From Pedosphaera sp. (GTDB lineage Bacteria; Verrucomicrobiota; Verrucomicrobiia; Limisphaerales; SIBH01): a stretch of DNA of 28,256 bases. The notes under the pieces are model-generated. The model was not told the DNA's origin and did not search any database. It saw only the letters and a program-made list of their open reading frames with translations. Below, piece by piece: positions 16,419 to 24,733 of this stretch. Position 1 is the stretch's first letter. Each line of letters begins with the position of its first letter. The position numbers and the translations under genes were made by a program. The stretch spans positions 1 through 28,256 of the forward strand of contig JANOQV010000054.1 of the NCBI GenBank assembly GCA_031414955.1, written 5' to 3'.

Positions 16419-19400
16419 TTAGCGGCGGATGCGGTAGAAGCGCTGCGGATTCCGCGGCACGGTGACATAGGGCGAACTCGCGCCCGGCACGTCCACCCAC
16501 ACGGTATCATTGGGATTGCTCCGCAACTCATCCGTGCATTGGAGCGTGCCGCAAGCCCACTTCATCGTCACGCCCGACGGCTCGGCGTCGAAGTTGAGCC
16601 GCAGCGTCAGGGCGGTCGCGTCCACCAGCGCTCCGGTGCCGGCGAGTTGCGCCACCTCGGCGGGAGTCAAGATGCGGTTGTAAACACGGACGTCATCCAG
16701 CGCGCCGTCATACGCACGCCAGTAGCCGTCATGTGAGCGGCCCAGTTCGATCTGCTGTGCGGCGTTCCAGGACCAGGCGGCGGTGTTGGCTTGCGAACTG
16801 GCCAGCGCGCCGTCGATGTAAATGCTGATCGAGCCGACCACCGACTGATCATAGACGTAGGCAACATGGCGCCAACGGTCGTTGTTGACCGTGGCGACCG
16901 TCGAGAACTGGTTCACGTTCGCGTTGCCGTCGGAGGCCTGGACGAAGAGTTCGCCAGTGTCCTGCTGCACGATTACGTCGCCGGGGCCGTTGCGCCGGTC
17001 GAAGAGGATCGCGCCGTAATTGCCGCCGCCCGCCGTGCCGGCCGAGCGCATCCAGAAGCTGAGCGTGCCCTGCGCGGAGTTGAAGTCCGGATGGGCCGCC
17101 ACCGTGATTTGATCGCCCTCGGTCGCGACGAACTTCATCACCCCGTTGCGGGTGACGGGCGCGCTGTCGGTGTAGGCCGCAGCCCACTCCGCGCCGAAGT
17201 TCCGGCCATCATGCGGCGTGCCCGATGGCTTGGAGTCGATGGTGATGTTGCCGCCCACCGCGATGCTCATGCGGGGGTCCGCGCCGGAGCCGGCCATGTA
17301 GAGCGAGCAGATCTTGCCCGGCGGCAAAGCCCGGTCGAAGAGTGCCACTTCGTCGATGCGTCCGGCGAAGAAGTTGCCGGCCGCGTCAAAGATGCCGCCG
17401 CCGCCGATGTTGAACGGGAAGGCGTTGTTCGGCGGGAGCGTGCTGGTCCGGGAGCCGATGGCCATGCCGTTGAAATACATGGTCATGGTGCCGGGTGAAC
17501 CGTCATGCACCACCGCCACCTGGCCCCACTGCTCGTTCGGGAGCGGATTGGGCGAAATGTCGAGGCCGTTGTCCGTCCAGCACTCAAGTGTGTTGTTGTT
17601 GATGTAGCCGAACTCCACGAGGTCGTTCTGGCCGAAGAGACCGGTGCGGTCAGCCTGGTCGGCCGCGCGGCGAATCCAGCCAATCATGGTGAAGGCGGGC
17701 TTGTTGTTGAGCAGGCCGGCGACGGTCGAAACGTAGCTGCTCAGACCGTCGAACTCCGCCGCCGCGTCCGTGCTGCCGGCGATGCCACCAGCCGCGCCCA
17801 GGGTGACGCTGTTGTAGGTGCCGTTGTTTCCTCCGATGTTGTCGTAGGCCACCGTGCCGCTGACTTCATTGAGGCGCCAGTAGGCAAAGGGCTGGCATTC
17901 GACGACCATCGCCTCGTAGCTGCCAGGAGTGGGCGCAAGGATGGTCAGCACCGCCACATCGCTCGGGGTACTGCCGGCGGGATTGGTGACCACCACCCGG
18001 TAGTTGCCCGCCTGGGCCGGCTGGACGTTGGAGACGGTCAGCGTGGTGTTGGTCGCGTCGAGGATGGGATTTCCGTTGTGGCCCCATTGGTAACCCAGGC
18101 TGTTGCCGCCCGTGGCCACCACGGTGAAGACCGCCGTGCCGCCGGGATAGCGCGAGACGGAGACCGGCTGTTGGGTGATGATCGGCGGCTCGGTGGAGAG
18201 GACGGCGACTTCGCAGAAGCCGCTGGACACCGTGCCGTAGGCGTTGCTGATTTCCACGTTGTAAGAGCCGCTCAACTCAATGGTGGCGTTGGTGAGGATC
18301 AGGCAGGGACCGGTCTGGTCGAGAATCTCCAGCCCGAAGTAATACCACCTGTAAGTGAACTGGGGCGTGCCACAGACGGTGGCGCAGAGCATGATCGTGC
18401 CGCCCTCGAAGAGGTTCGTGGAGGCCGGGAGGTCGCGCGTGATGATAGGCGCACTGGCCACGGCCGTGTAGTAAAGCTCGCAAATTTTCTGCTGGGTCAG
18501 CGAGCGGTCGAACACAGCCACTTCATCGAGCTGGCCGTTGAAGAAGTTGCCGCTGGCGTCAAAGATGCCACCGCCACCGATGTTGAACTTGAAGGTGTTG
18601 TCCGCCGGCAACGTGCTGAACCTTGAGCCGGCCACCAAGCCGTTGGTGTACATCGTCATCGTGCCAGGATTTCCATCCTGCGTGATGGCGACGTGATCCC
18701 ATTCCGCATCCGGGTAGGCGCTCGGAATGTCGAGGCCGTTGTCGGTCCAGCATTCGAGGGTGGTGTTGTTGATGAAGCCAAACTCGACGATGTCGTTCTG
18801 GCCAAACAAGCCGTTGCGCCCGCCTTGGACGCCAGCGCGGCGCAGCCAGCCCATGACCGTGAAGCGCGGCTTGCTGTTGAGCAGGCCGGAGAGCGTGGAC
18901 ACGAAGTCATTCACGCCGTCGAGTTGGAGTGCGGTGTTGCCGGCATCCATGCCGACATAAGTCGGCGGGCGCGGAGCCTGCGCTCCGGTCAAAGCACCGC
19001 CGTTGTAAGCACCGTCGGCGACCGCGCCGAGGCTGCCGTTGTTGATTGCGACCGGCGGGACGAAGGCCGGTTCGTTCAAGCGCAAGTATTCGACCGGGGC
19101 ATCCACCAATACGACCGTATCGTAAGACGGCGCGCCGCTGGTGCCACTGGCGTAGTGCGCTGCGATCTGCGCCGGACTCAACGCGGTGTTGTAGAGCGCC
19201 GCTTCATCGGCATCACCCGCCCAGACGAAGGTCCCATCGCTGCGCGTGCCGATGGTGAACGCTCCATCAGGATTGGCCACGAAGGTCGTCGCGGCACTGT
19301 TCGTGGCCTGCACGCCGTTGACGTACATCGTCCCGACCGCGCCGTCCCAGACCACGACGACATGGTACCAGTTGCCGACCACGGGCGCGCCACCCCCGGT

Positions 19401-21383
19401 GATGCTTACCGCGACCGCCGTGCCGTTTTGATTATAGGTGCGCCAATTCCACCCGGTGCCGCTCTGGTAAATCAGCCAGCCGGAACGAGGACTGGCGATA
19501 TGCACGGAGGAAAGCGGCGAGGTCAGGACGCCCGCTCCGTTCGTTGCTGCCGGCCGCAGCCACACTTCAGCGGTGAAGGCTCCGGCCGGGTTGAGGCTGG
19601 CGTTGAAAGGAACGGCCACATTCTGACCGCCGCTCACGCGCATCGCCTGGTCGGTGCTGCCGACCAGCGCGCCGTTCACGGGATGAATCGCGTTGTTGTA
19701 GGCACCATTGCCTGCGATACCGAGGCCGCCAAGGTTGACGGCGGTGTCGAGGACTGGCGAGGCGATGTCTTCGCTGAAGCGATAGAAGGCGATGGGATTG
19801 CAGTCAAGAATCGCCGCCGTGTAGGGCGCGAGCACCGGCGCGGGCACGCGCAGTTCAACGCGGGCCGCTTCCGCAGCCGGAGACCAGGTCGCCCCACCAT
19901 CCACCGTCAAATCGAGGAACACATCGAAGAAGCTCGAGACTTCAAAGCCGCCGCGGGCTGAAGGCCGGAGGGTGTGTTTGCCCAGAGAGGCGCGCGTGGG
20001 GCTTTCGCGAAGCATCACGCCTGCCGGCAGGCTGCCGCCGGTCATGCTGAGTGCCAGCATTTCGGTGTCGAAGGAGCGAGTGCTGCCAGCGTTGGAGACG
20101 TGTTGAATGGAAGCCACGGTGTTGCCAAAGGCAAAGAAGGGCTGCCAAGTGGCCCCGCCATCCTGGGAGACTTCCGCGTCCAGCCGCGTGCCGACCGACT
20201 GGTAAGTCGCGCCCGCGCCCAAGGCCGGCGGCACGATGGAGTTGTTCAACTGCGAGTGGCGGAAGTTGCGCACCAAGATTCCGGGCGGGAAAAACGTGGG
20301 CGGGGTCTCAGTCGGTGATTCATAGGTCCCACCCGGAGACGGACAACGATCCGTGAGAGCGTGCTGCGGAATGGGCGCGCCGGGCTTCTCGCCTGTCGGC
20401 CCGAGCACGTCGTCGAGGAAAGTCTGGGTCTCGGTGTCTGTGGGGCAATTGGTGAAGACTCCATGTCCGGCCAGCGTGAGATAACCGAAGAGCGTGCCCG
20501 CCGGGTTGGGTCCAATCGGGTCGCGCAGGTAAAGCGCCACCGCCGTGCTGATGCCGTGAATGTAAGTGGCGCGGGGCGGGAACTCGGTCAACGCCGGGTT
20601 CTCGACGACGAGCGGGCTGGTGTTGCGGAGGAAGCCGCCCGGCCAGCCGACCATCGCCGGCAGGTTGACCTCGGCGAAGATGTCGAAAAAGCTGCGCGCG
20701 GGAAAGTCATCCGCCGGCACTCCGCCGGGCACCAGCGACTGCACCATGCCCAAGCAGGGCGGCGCGGGCGGGGTCAATCCACCCGCCGAGACAAGCACGG
20801 AGCCGAACGGGTAGGCCGGAGCCGGCGGCACCCCCTGGCCCGGGCTGCCCGTGCTGGCGATGCGATTGGAGCACTCCTGCACGCCCGCCGAACCCGAAAC
20901 CGCCAGGCGCATCAGGCGCAGTTCGTCAAAGACCTCGCGCACCGCGCCAGGACTTTGGAACGGGGCCGGCACGCTGTAAGGCGCGACCGCATAATCTCCC
21001 AGCGCCACGACCCGCGACGGGCCGACGCCGACCGGCAAACCGGCCACGCTCGGCGCGTCACCGTTGACATGGCTCGGGCTGATGCCGATCTGGGTGTTCC
21101 CGTCATACATCACCGGACTGGTCAGCGTGCGAACGGAAGGACGCCAGCCGGGATAACCACCGAACATCGGGGCGAAGGTCGGCTCGACGATAATCTTGAA
21201 GACGCCGATGGAAAAAGTCGTTTCGACATTGGGTGGCGAGTTGTCATCGAAGGTGGCCGCGAAGGAACTGGCCGGAGCCAGAGCCAGAAGAGCGGTGAGA
21301 ATTGCGATGAGGAAGGAGACCGGCCAGCGGAGGCCTGGAACCTTGGAAGCCGAACATTGTGTCTGCATCATGGAGCCTTTCAT
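16419..21383 (-). CDS. Large secreted LamG-like (4 domains) / Ig-like (2 domains) protein with uncharacterised N-terminal domains
   Basis: Signal peptide ending ASSFA; LamG motifs (FTAEVWLRP, WYHVVVVWDG, LDEVAVFDRSL, LDDVRVYNRILT); Ig motifs. The true start may be 21371 or 21368. Confidence 0.9.
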   Translation of the reverse strand: MKGSMMQTQCSASKVPGLRWPVSFLIAILTALLALAPASSFAATFDDNSPPNVETTFSIGVFKIIVEPTFAPMFGGYPGWRPSVRTLTSPVMYDGNTQIGISPSHVNGDAPSVAGLPVGVGPSRVVALGDYAVAPYSVPAPFQSPGAVREVFDELRLMRLAVSGSAGVQECSNRIASTGSPGQGVPPAPAYPFGSVLVSAGGLTPPAPPCLGMVQSLVPGGVPADDFPARSFFDIFAEVNLPAMVGWPGGFLRNTSPLVVENPALTEFPPRATYIHGISTAVALYLRDPIGPNPAGTLFGYLTLAGHGVFTNCPTDTETQTFLDDVLGPTGEKPGAPIPQHALTDRCPSPGGTYESPTETPPTFFPPGILVRNFRHSQLNNSIVPPALGAGATYQSVGTRLDAEVSQDGGATWQPFFAFGNTVASIQHVSNAGSTRSFDTEMLALSMTGGSLPAGVMLRESPTRASLGKHTLRPSARGGFEVSSFFDVFLDLTVDGGATWSPAAEAARVELRVPAPVLAPYTAAILDCNPIAFYRFSEDIASPVLDTAVNLGGLGIAGNGAYNNAIHPVNGALVGSTDQAMRVSGGQNVAVPFNASLNPAGAFTAEVWLRPAATNGAGVLTSPLSSVHIASPRSGWLIYQSGTGWNWRTYNQNGTAVAVSITGGGAPVVGNWYHVVVVWDGAVGTMYVNGVQATNSAATTFVANPDGAFTIGTRSDGTFVWAGDADEAALYNTALSPAQIAAHYASGTSGAPSYDTVVLVDAPVEYLRLNEPAFVPPVAINNGSLGAVADGAYNGGALTGAQAPRPPTYVGMDAGNTALQLDGVNDFVSTLSGLLNSKPRFTVMGWLRRAGVQGGRNGLFGQNDIVEFGFINNTTLECWTDNGLDIPSAYPDAEWDHVAITQDGNPGTMTMYTNGLVAGSRFSTLPADNTFKFNIGGGGIFDASGNFFNGQLDEVAVFDRSLTQQKICELYYTAVASAPIITRDLPASTNLFEGGTIMLCATVCGTPQFTYRWYYFGLEILDQTGPCLILTNATIELSGSYNVEISNAYGTVSSGFCEVAVLSTEPPIITQQPVSVSRYPGGTAVFTVVATGGNSLGYQWGHNGNPILDATNTTLTVSNVQPAQAGNYRVVVTNPAGSTPSDVAVLTILAPTPGSYEAMVVECQPFAYWRLNEVSGTVAYDNIGGNNGTYNSVTLGAAGGIAGSTDAAAEFDGLSSYVSTVAGLLNNKPAFTMIGWIRRAADQADRTGLFGQNDLVEFGYINNNTLECWTDNGLDISPNPLPNEQWGQVAVVHDGSPGTMTMYFNGMAIGSRTSTLPPNNAFPFNIGGGGIFDAAGNFFAGRIDEVALFDRALPPGKICSLYMAGSGADPRMSIAVGGNITIDSKPSGTPHDGRNFGAEWAAAYTDSAPVTRNGVMKFVATEGDQITVAAHPDFNSAQGTLSFWMRSAGTAGGGNYGAILFDRRNGPGDVIVQQDTGELFVQASDGNANVNQFSTVATVNNDRWRHVAYVYDQSVVGSISIYIDGALASSQANTAAWSWNAAQQIELGRSHDGYWRAYDGALDDVRVYNRILTPAEVAQLAGTGALVDATALTLRLNFDAEPSGVTMKWACGTLQCTDELRSNPNDTVWVDVPGASSPYVTVPRNPQRFYRIRR

Positions 21384-21550
21384 CTGTCAGCCAGCTCACT
21401 TGCATCCGACAGGCTCTGCCCCAAGGCAAAGCCAGCGTTTCCGACAAAGACGCGCGCGACGAATTACAGGGAGCTGGTTGGTTTGCGTTGGGTTCAGTAA
21501 CAAAAGCTGGCCCAGCGTGCCAAGATAATTCATGGCCCGGATAAAAAATT

Positions 21551-24355
21551 TCACTTGGAACTCACGTCCGAACCGGACGGCTGCGTCACGACTGGTCCAC
21601 TTGGGTCGTTCCGACCGGTGCTCGCGCGCGGCGGCCAGAGGCGAAAGATCACCGGCAGCACCAGCAGCGACGCGAGCAGGCAATTGCCAATGCCCAGCAC
21701 CACCAGCGCGCCGAGTCGGGCGTTGGCCGGCACCTGCGAGAGCATCAGCACTCCGAACCCCACCGCCACCGAACCGGCGTTGATCAGCACCGCTGGACCC
21801 ACCTTCGCCACGGCGCGAATGAGGGCCGCGTCTGCCGCCAGTCCGGTCGCGTGCTCGGTTTCAAAACTCTCCAGCAGGTGAATCGCGAAATCGACGCCCA
21901 TGCCCAGCGTCATCCCCGCGAACATGCTGGTGGCCACGCCCAGCGGCATGCCCAGCCAGCCCATCACGGCGAAATTCACCAGCACCGCCAGCGCGCTGGG
22001 CAGCACGCAGTACACGCCCCAGCGTATTGAGCGCGCCAGCACGCTAGTCACCAGCAAAATTCCCAACAGCGACCAGAGCAGCGACTGCACCTGGGTGTTG
22101 ACGATGCCGCGGATGAGCGACTGACTCACCGCCACGTCGCCCGCAAAGCCGAGTTTGAGTCCGTGCGGCGTGAGTTGCTCGCGCTCATAGCGACGGATGT
22201 CCTCCATAAGTTTCGCGGTATCGACGAAGTTGGCGTTGCGCATGAAGACGGTGATGACGCCGCGCGCGTAGTTCGTGTCCACGGCCTGGCGCAACCGCTC
22301 CACGCCGCGCGCCAACTGATAGTTGCCCCAGGCGCCGCGAATCTCCGGCGGCGTGGACGGGATGCGCCGGTTCGCTTCGTCGAGGGGTCGCGCCATGAAA
22401 CTGCTCGTCGCCACGTAACTCGCCGGCCCGAGCACCCCGCCCACGGCCCGTTCCCGACGGCCCTCGATGAAAGTCTCCAAGGCCGCCACGCGCCGCAGCG
22501 TGGCCTCCGTCATGAAAGGCTGGGTGCGCAGTTCATAGCGCAACACTTCGTTGCTCGTCGGGAGCAGATAGAACTTCGGCGACAAGTCAGCCGGGGGCGT
22601 GGTGAGCAGCAGTTTTCCATCGCGCACGTCCGCTGATTGAATCCAAGACGACCAGGCCGCAGGGCGACGACGCGCGGGCGGATTCGTGTTCGCCGTTTGG
22701 GGCGCGATGGAAACGGTGATCCAGTTCTGCACCAACTCCGCCGGGTCGCTCGCGGTCCCGCCGGGCAAAGTGATCTTGTTCTCCTCCGTCGCCGCCAGCG
22801 GCATGATGCCCTGCCGGCCGGTCGCCCGCCCTTCGACCGTCACCAGCAACATGTGCGTGCCGCGAAACTGCTCATTCACCCACTCGGTCGCGCGGCGGAA
22901 CGGGCTGCCCGGATCGAACCCATCAATCCAACTGTCCTGCACCACCAACCGCCGCACGCCCAGCGGCGCGAGCGCCACCAGCACGACGGCTGCGACCAGC
23001 AGCATGGTGCGCCATCGCAGCACGCCGCGCGCGAACTGTCCGAGCCAGGAGTTTTCAGGCGCAACCTTCACCGCCGCCCTGCCCGGCTGACGCAAAACAA
23101 ACCGCGCCGGATTCAAGAGCACCAAGAGCGCCGGAATCACCGTCAGGGTCCAGAGCAGGCAGAACAAAATCCCGAACGCGGTGAAAATTCCGAACGCCTG
23201 CACCGGCCGCAGCGGCGAGAAGGCAAACGACAGAAACCCGATGGCCGTGGTCGCCGCCGTGTTCAGCACCGGCCGCCATTTTTCCTCCATCGTGAGCGCG
23301 ACCAGTTCACCGTGATTCATGCCCGGTCGCTCGCGCAACAGCTCGGCGTAGCGGCTGAAAACGTATATCTCGTCCGAGATGCCCATCGCCGTGAGCATCA
23401 CGGGCATGACCGCGATGGTCAGATAGATGGGCACGCCCAGCCAGCCCATCAGCCCGAACGTCACCACCAGGCACGCGCCCACTTCCATCAACGGCAGCAT
23501 CACCCCGGCGACGCTGCGGAAGCTGAGGTAAAAAATCAGCCCCATGAGGAACAGGGCCACCGGCAGCAACCCGAGGTGCTGCGCAATGAGGACGCGCAGG
23601 TCGTAAAAGCTCCGGGGCCAAGTCCACGCCGCCGACTCGGCCAGCACGCCGCCTGTGCCCAACAGCGCGCGGGGCACGCCGAGGTCTTGCAGGATGTGCG
23701 CGCCGAGCAACGCCTCCGCCACGGGCGCGCCGATGATGAAGATCTCTTCCGCCATCGGCTCTTGCGCTGCGACCACGTCACCTATCTCGCGGCAAAGCTC
23801 CGTGCGATCCCGCCCCGGCGGTGCCCCGATCAAAATCGCCGTGGCCGTGCCGTCCTGGGACACCAGCGTGCCGGTGTAGAGCTTAATGCGGCGCAAGTCG
23901 TCGCGCAGTTGCTCCAGCTCGGCTTTGGTCGTGCGCGGGGTTTCAAGAAAGGTTTGGAACTCGAAGGTGCCGGGCCGGTTGCGGAAGCCGCGCTCGGTGG
24001 CCAGGCTGAAGAGATTGGCCGGGTGAATTCCCTCCAGCGCGCCGAGCTTTACCGTCAGTTCGCGCACGCGTTGCAACGTCGCCGGATTGAAAATGCCGTC
24101 GGGATGAGGACTCCGAATCAAGACCACGATGGCGTCTTCGAGACCAAACTCCGCGCGCACCGCTCGGTCGTAGCGCACCTCCGGAGCCTGCTCGGCAACC
24201 AGCGCGTGCCCGTCGGTGCGGAGCTTCAGCCGCAGCGCGCCAGGAGCCGCCGCCAGCGTCAGCAACCCCGCGATGACCAGCACCCGCACCGGATGCCGGA
24301 TCGAGTAACGGGGCAGGAAACTAAACAGCCGGCCCACCGGTGAACGCATCGCCAT
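21551..24355 (-). CDS. MMPL/RND-family transporter
   Basis: Two repeats of 1 TM, periplasmic domain and 5 TM; TTAIGFLSF, GMGVDFAIH, GFGVLMLS. Start placed at ATG 24355 (24349 is an alternative). Confidence 0.9.
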   Translation of the reverse strand: MAMRSPVGRLFSFLPRYSIRHPVRVLVIAGLLTLAAAPGALRLKLRTDGHALVAEQAPEVRYDRAVRAEFGLEDAIVVLIRSPHPDGIFNPATLQRVRELTVKLGALEGIHPANLFSLATERGFRNRPGTFEFQTFLETPRTTKAELEQLRDDLRRIKLYTGTLVSQDGTATAILIGAPPGRDRTELCREIGDVVAAQEPMAEEIFIIGAPVAEALLGAHILQDLGVPRALLGTGGVLAESAAWTWPRSFYDLRVLIAQHLGLLPVALFLMGLIFYLSFRSVAGVMLPLMEVGACLVVTFGLMGWLGVPIYLTIAVMPVMLTAMGISDEIYVFSRYAELLRERPGMNHGELVALTMEEKWRPVLNTAATTAIGFLSFAFSPLRPVQAFGIFTAFGILFCLLWTLTVIPALLVLLNPARFVLRQPGRAAVKVAPENSWLGQFARGVLRWRTMLLVAAVVLVALAPLGVRRLVVQDSWIDGFDPGSPFRRATEWVNEQFRGTHMLLVTVEGRATGRQGIMPLAATEENKITLPGGTASDPAELVQNWITVSIAPQTANTNPPARRRPAAWSSWIQSADVRDGKLLLTTPPADLSPKFYLLPTSNEVLRYELRTQPFMTEATLRRVAALETFIEGRRERAVGGVLGPASYVATSSFMARPLDEANRRIPSTPPEIRGAWGNYQLARGVERLRQAVDTNYARGVITVFMRNANFVDTAKLMEDIRRYEREQLTPHGLKLGFAGDVAVSQSLIRGIVNTQVQSLLWSLLGILLVTSVLARSIRWGVYCVLPSALAVLVNFAVMGWLGMPLGVATSMFAGMTLGMGVDFAIHLLESFETEHATGLAADAALIRAVAKVGPAVLINAGSVAVGFGVLMLSQVPANARLGALVVLGIGNCLLASLLVLPVIFRLWPPRASTGRNDPSGPVVTQPSGSDVSSK

Positions 24356-24477
24356 GACCCCGCGATTAGCGCAGCCCCCGCCGCCGCAAGGCAAGTGGTT
24401 TGCGAGCGGGATCCCGGCACCGGACGCATCGCTCCTCCAGGGCAGGCGCACCTAAAATCGGTGGGGAGCAAGGTTGG

Positions 24478-24640
24478 GAAGCACCAAGATCCAAGAGCCA
24501 AACATCAGAGAAGTTCCAAACACCAAGCTCCAACGGGTGGTCTGGCTCTCGACCGGCCTGATCACCTCGAGGCTCTGGGACGGTTTAAGGCTTGGAACTT
24601 GATGTTTCTCTGGTGTTTGGAGCTTGGTGCTTGGTGTTTC
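24478..24640. repeat. Inverted heptamer-array hairpin element (xxxCCAA units)
   Basis: Left arm gaagcaccaagatccaagagccaaacatcagagaagttccaaacaccaagctccaa. The right arm (24592-24640) reverse-complements to gaaacaccaagcaccaagctccaaacaccagagaaacatcaagttccaa. Confidence 0.9.
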
Positions 24641-24733
24641 AAATTCTCCCGGCTGGCGGATTTAGATGCGTCTGCCCTGTCGCTCCCCCACTCCCCTCTC
24701 GACATCCACTGCGGTGGGTCGGAAAATTACGCC

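Noticed and set aside
21420..21525. Sigma54 promoter (TTGGCACG on minus) or c-di-GMP-I riboswitch upstream of the LamG gene
   Set aside because: There is no GC at the -12 position. The GGCAAA...GACG resemblance is on the wrong strand and lacks the GAAA tetraloop.
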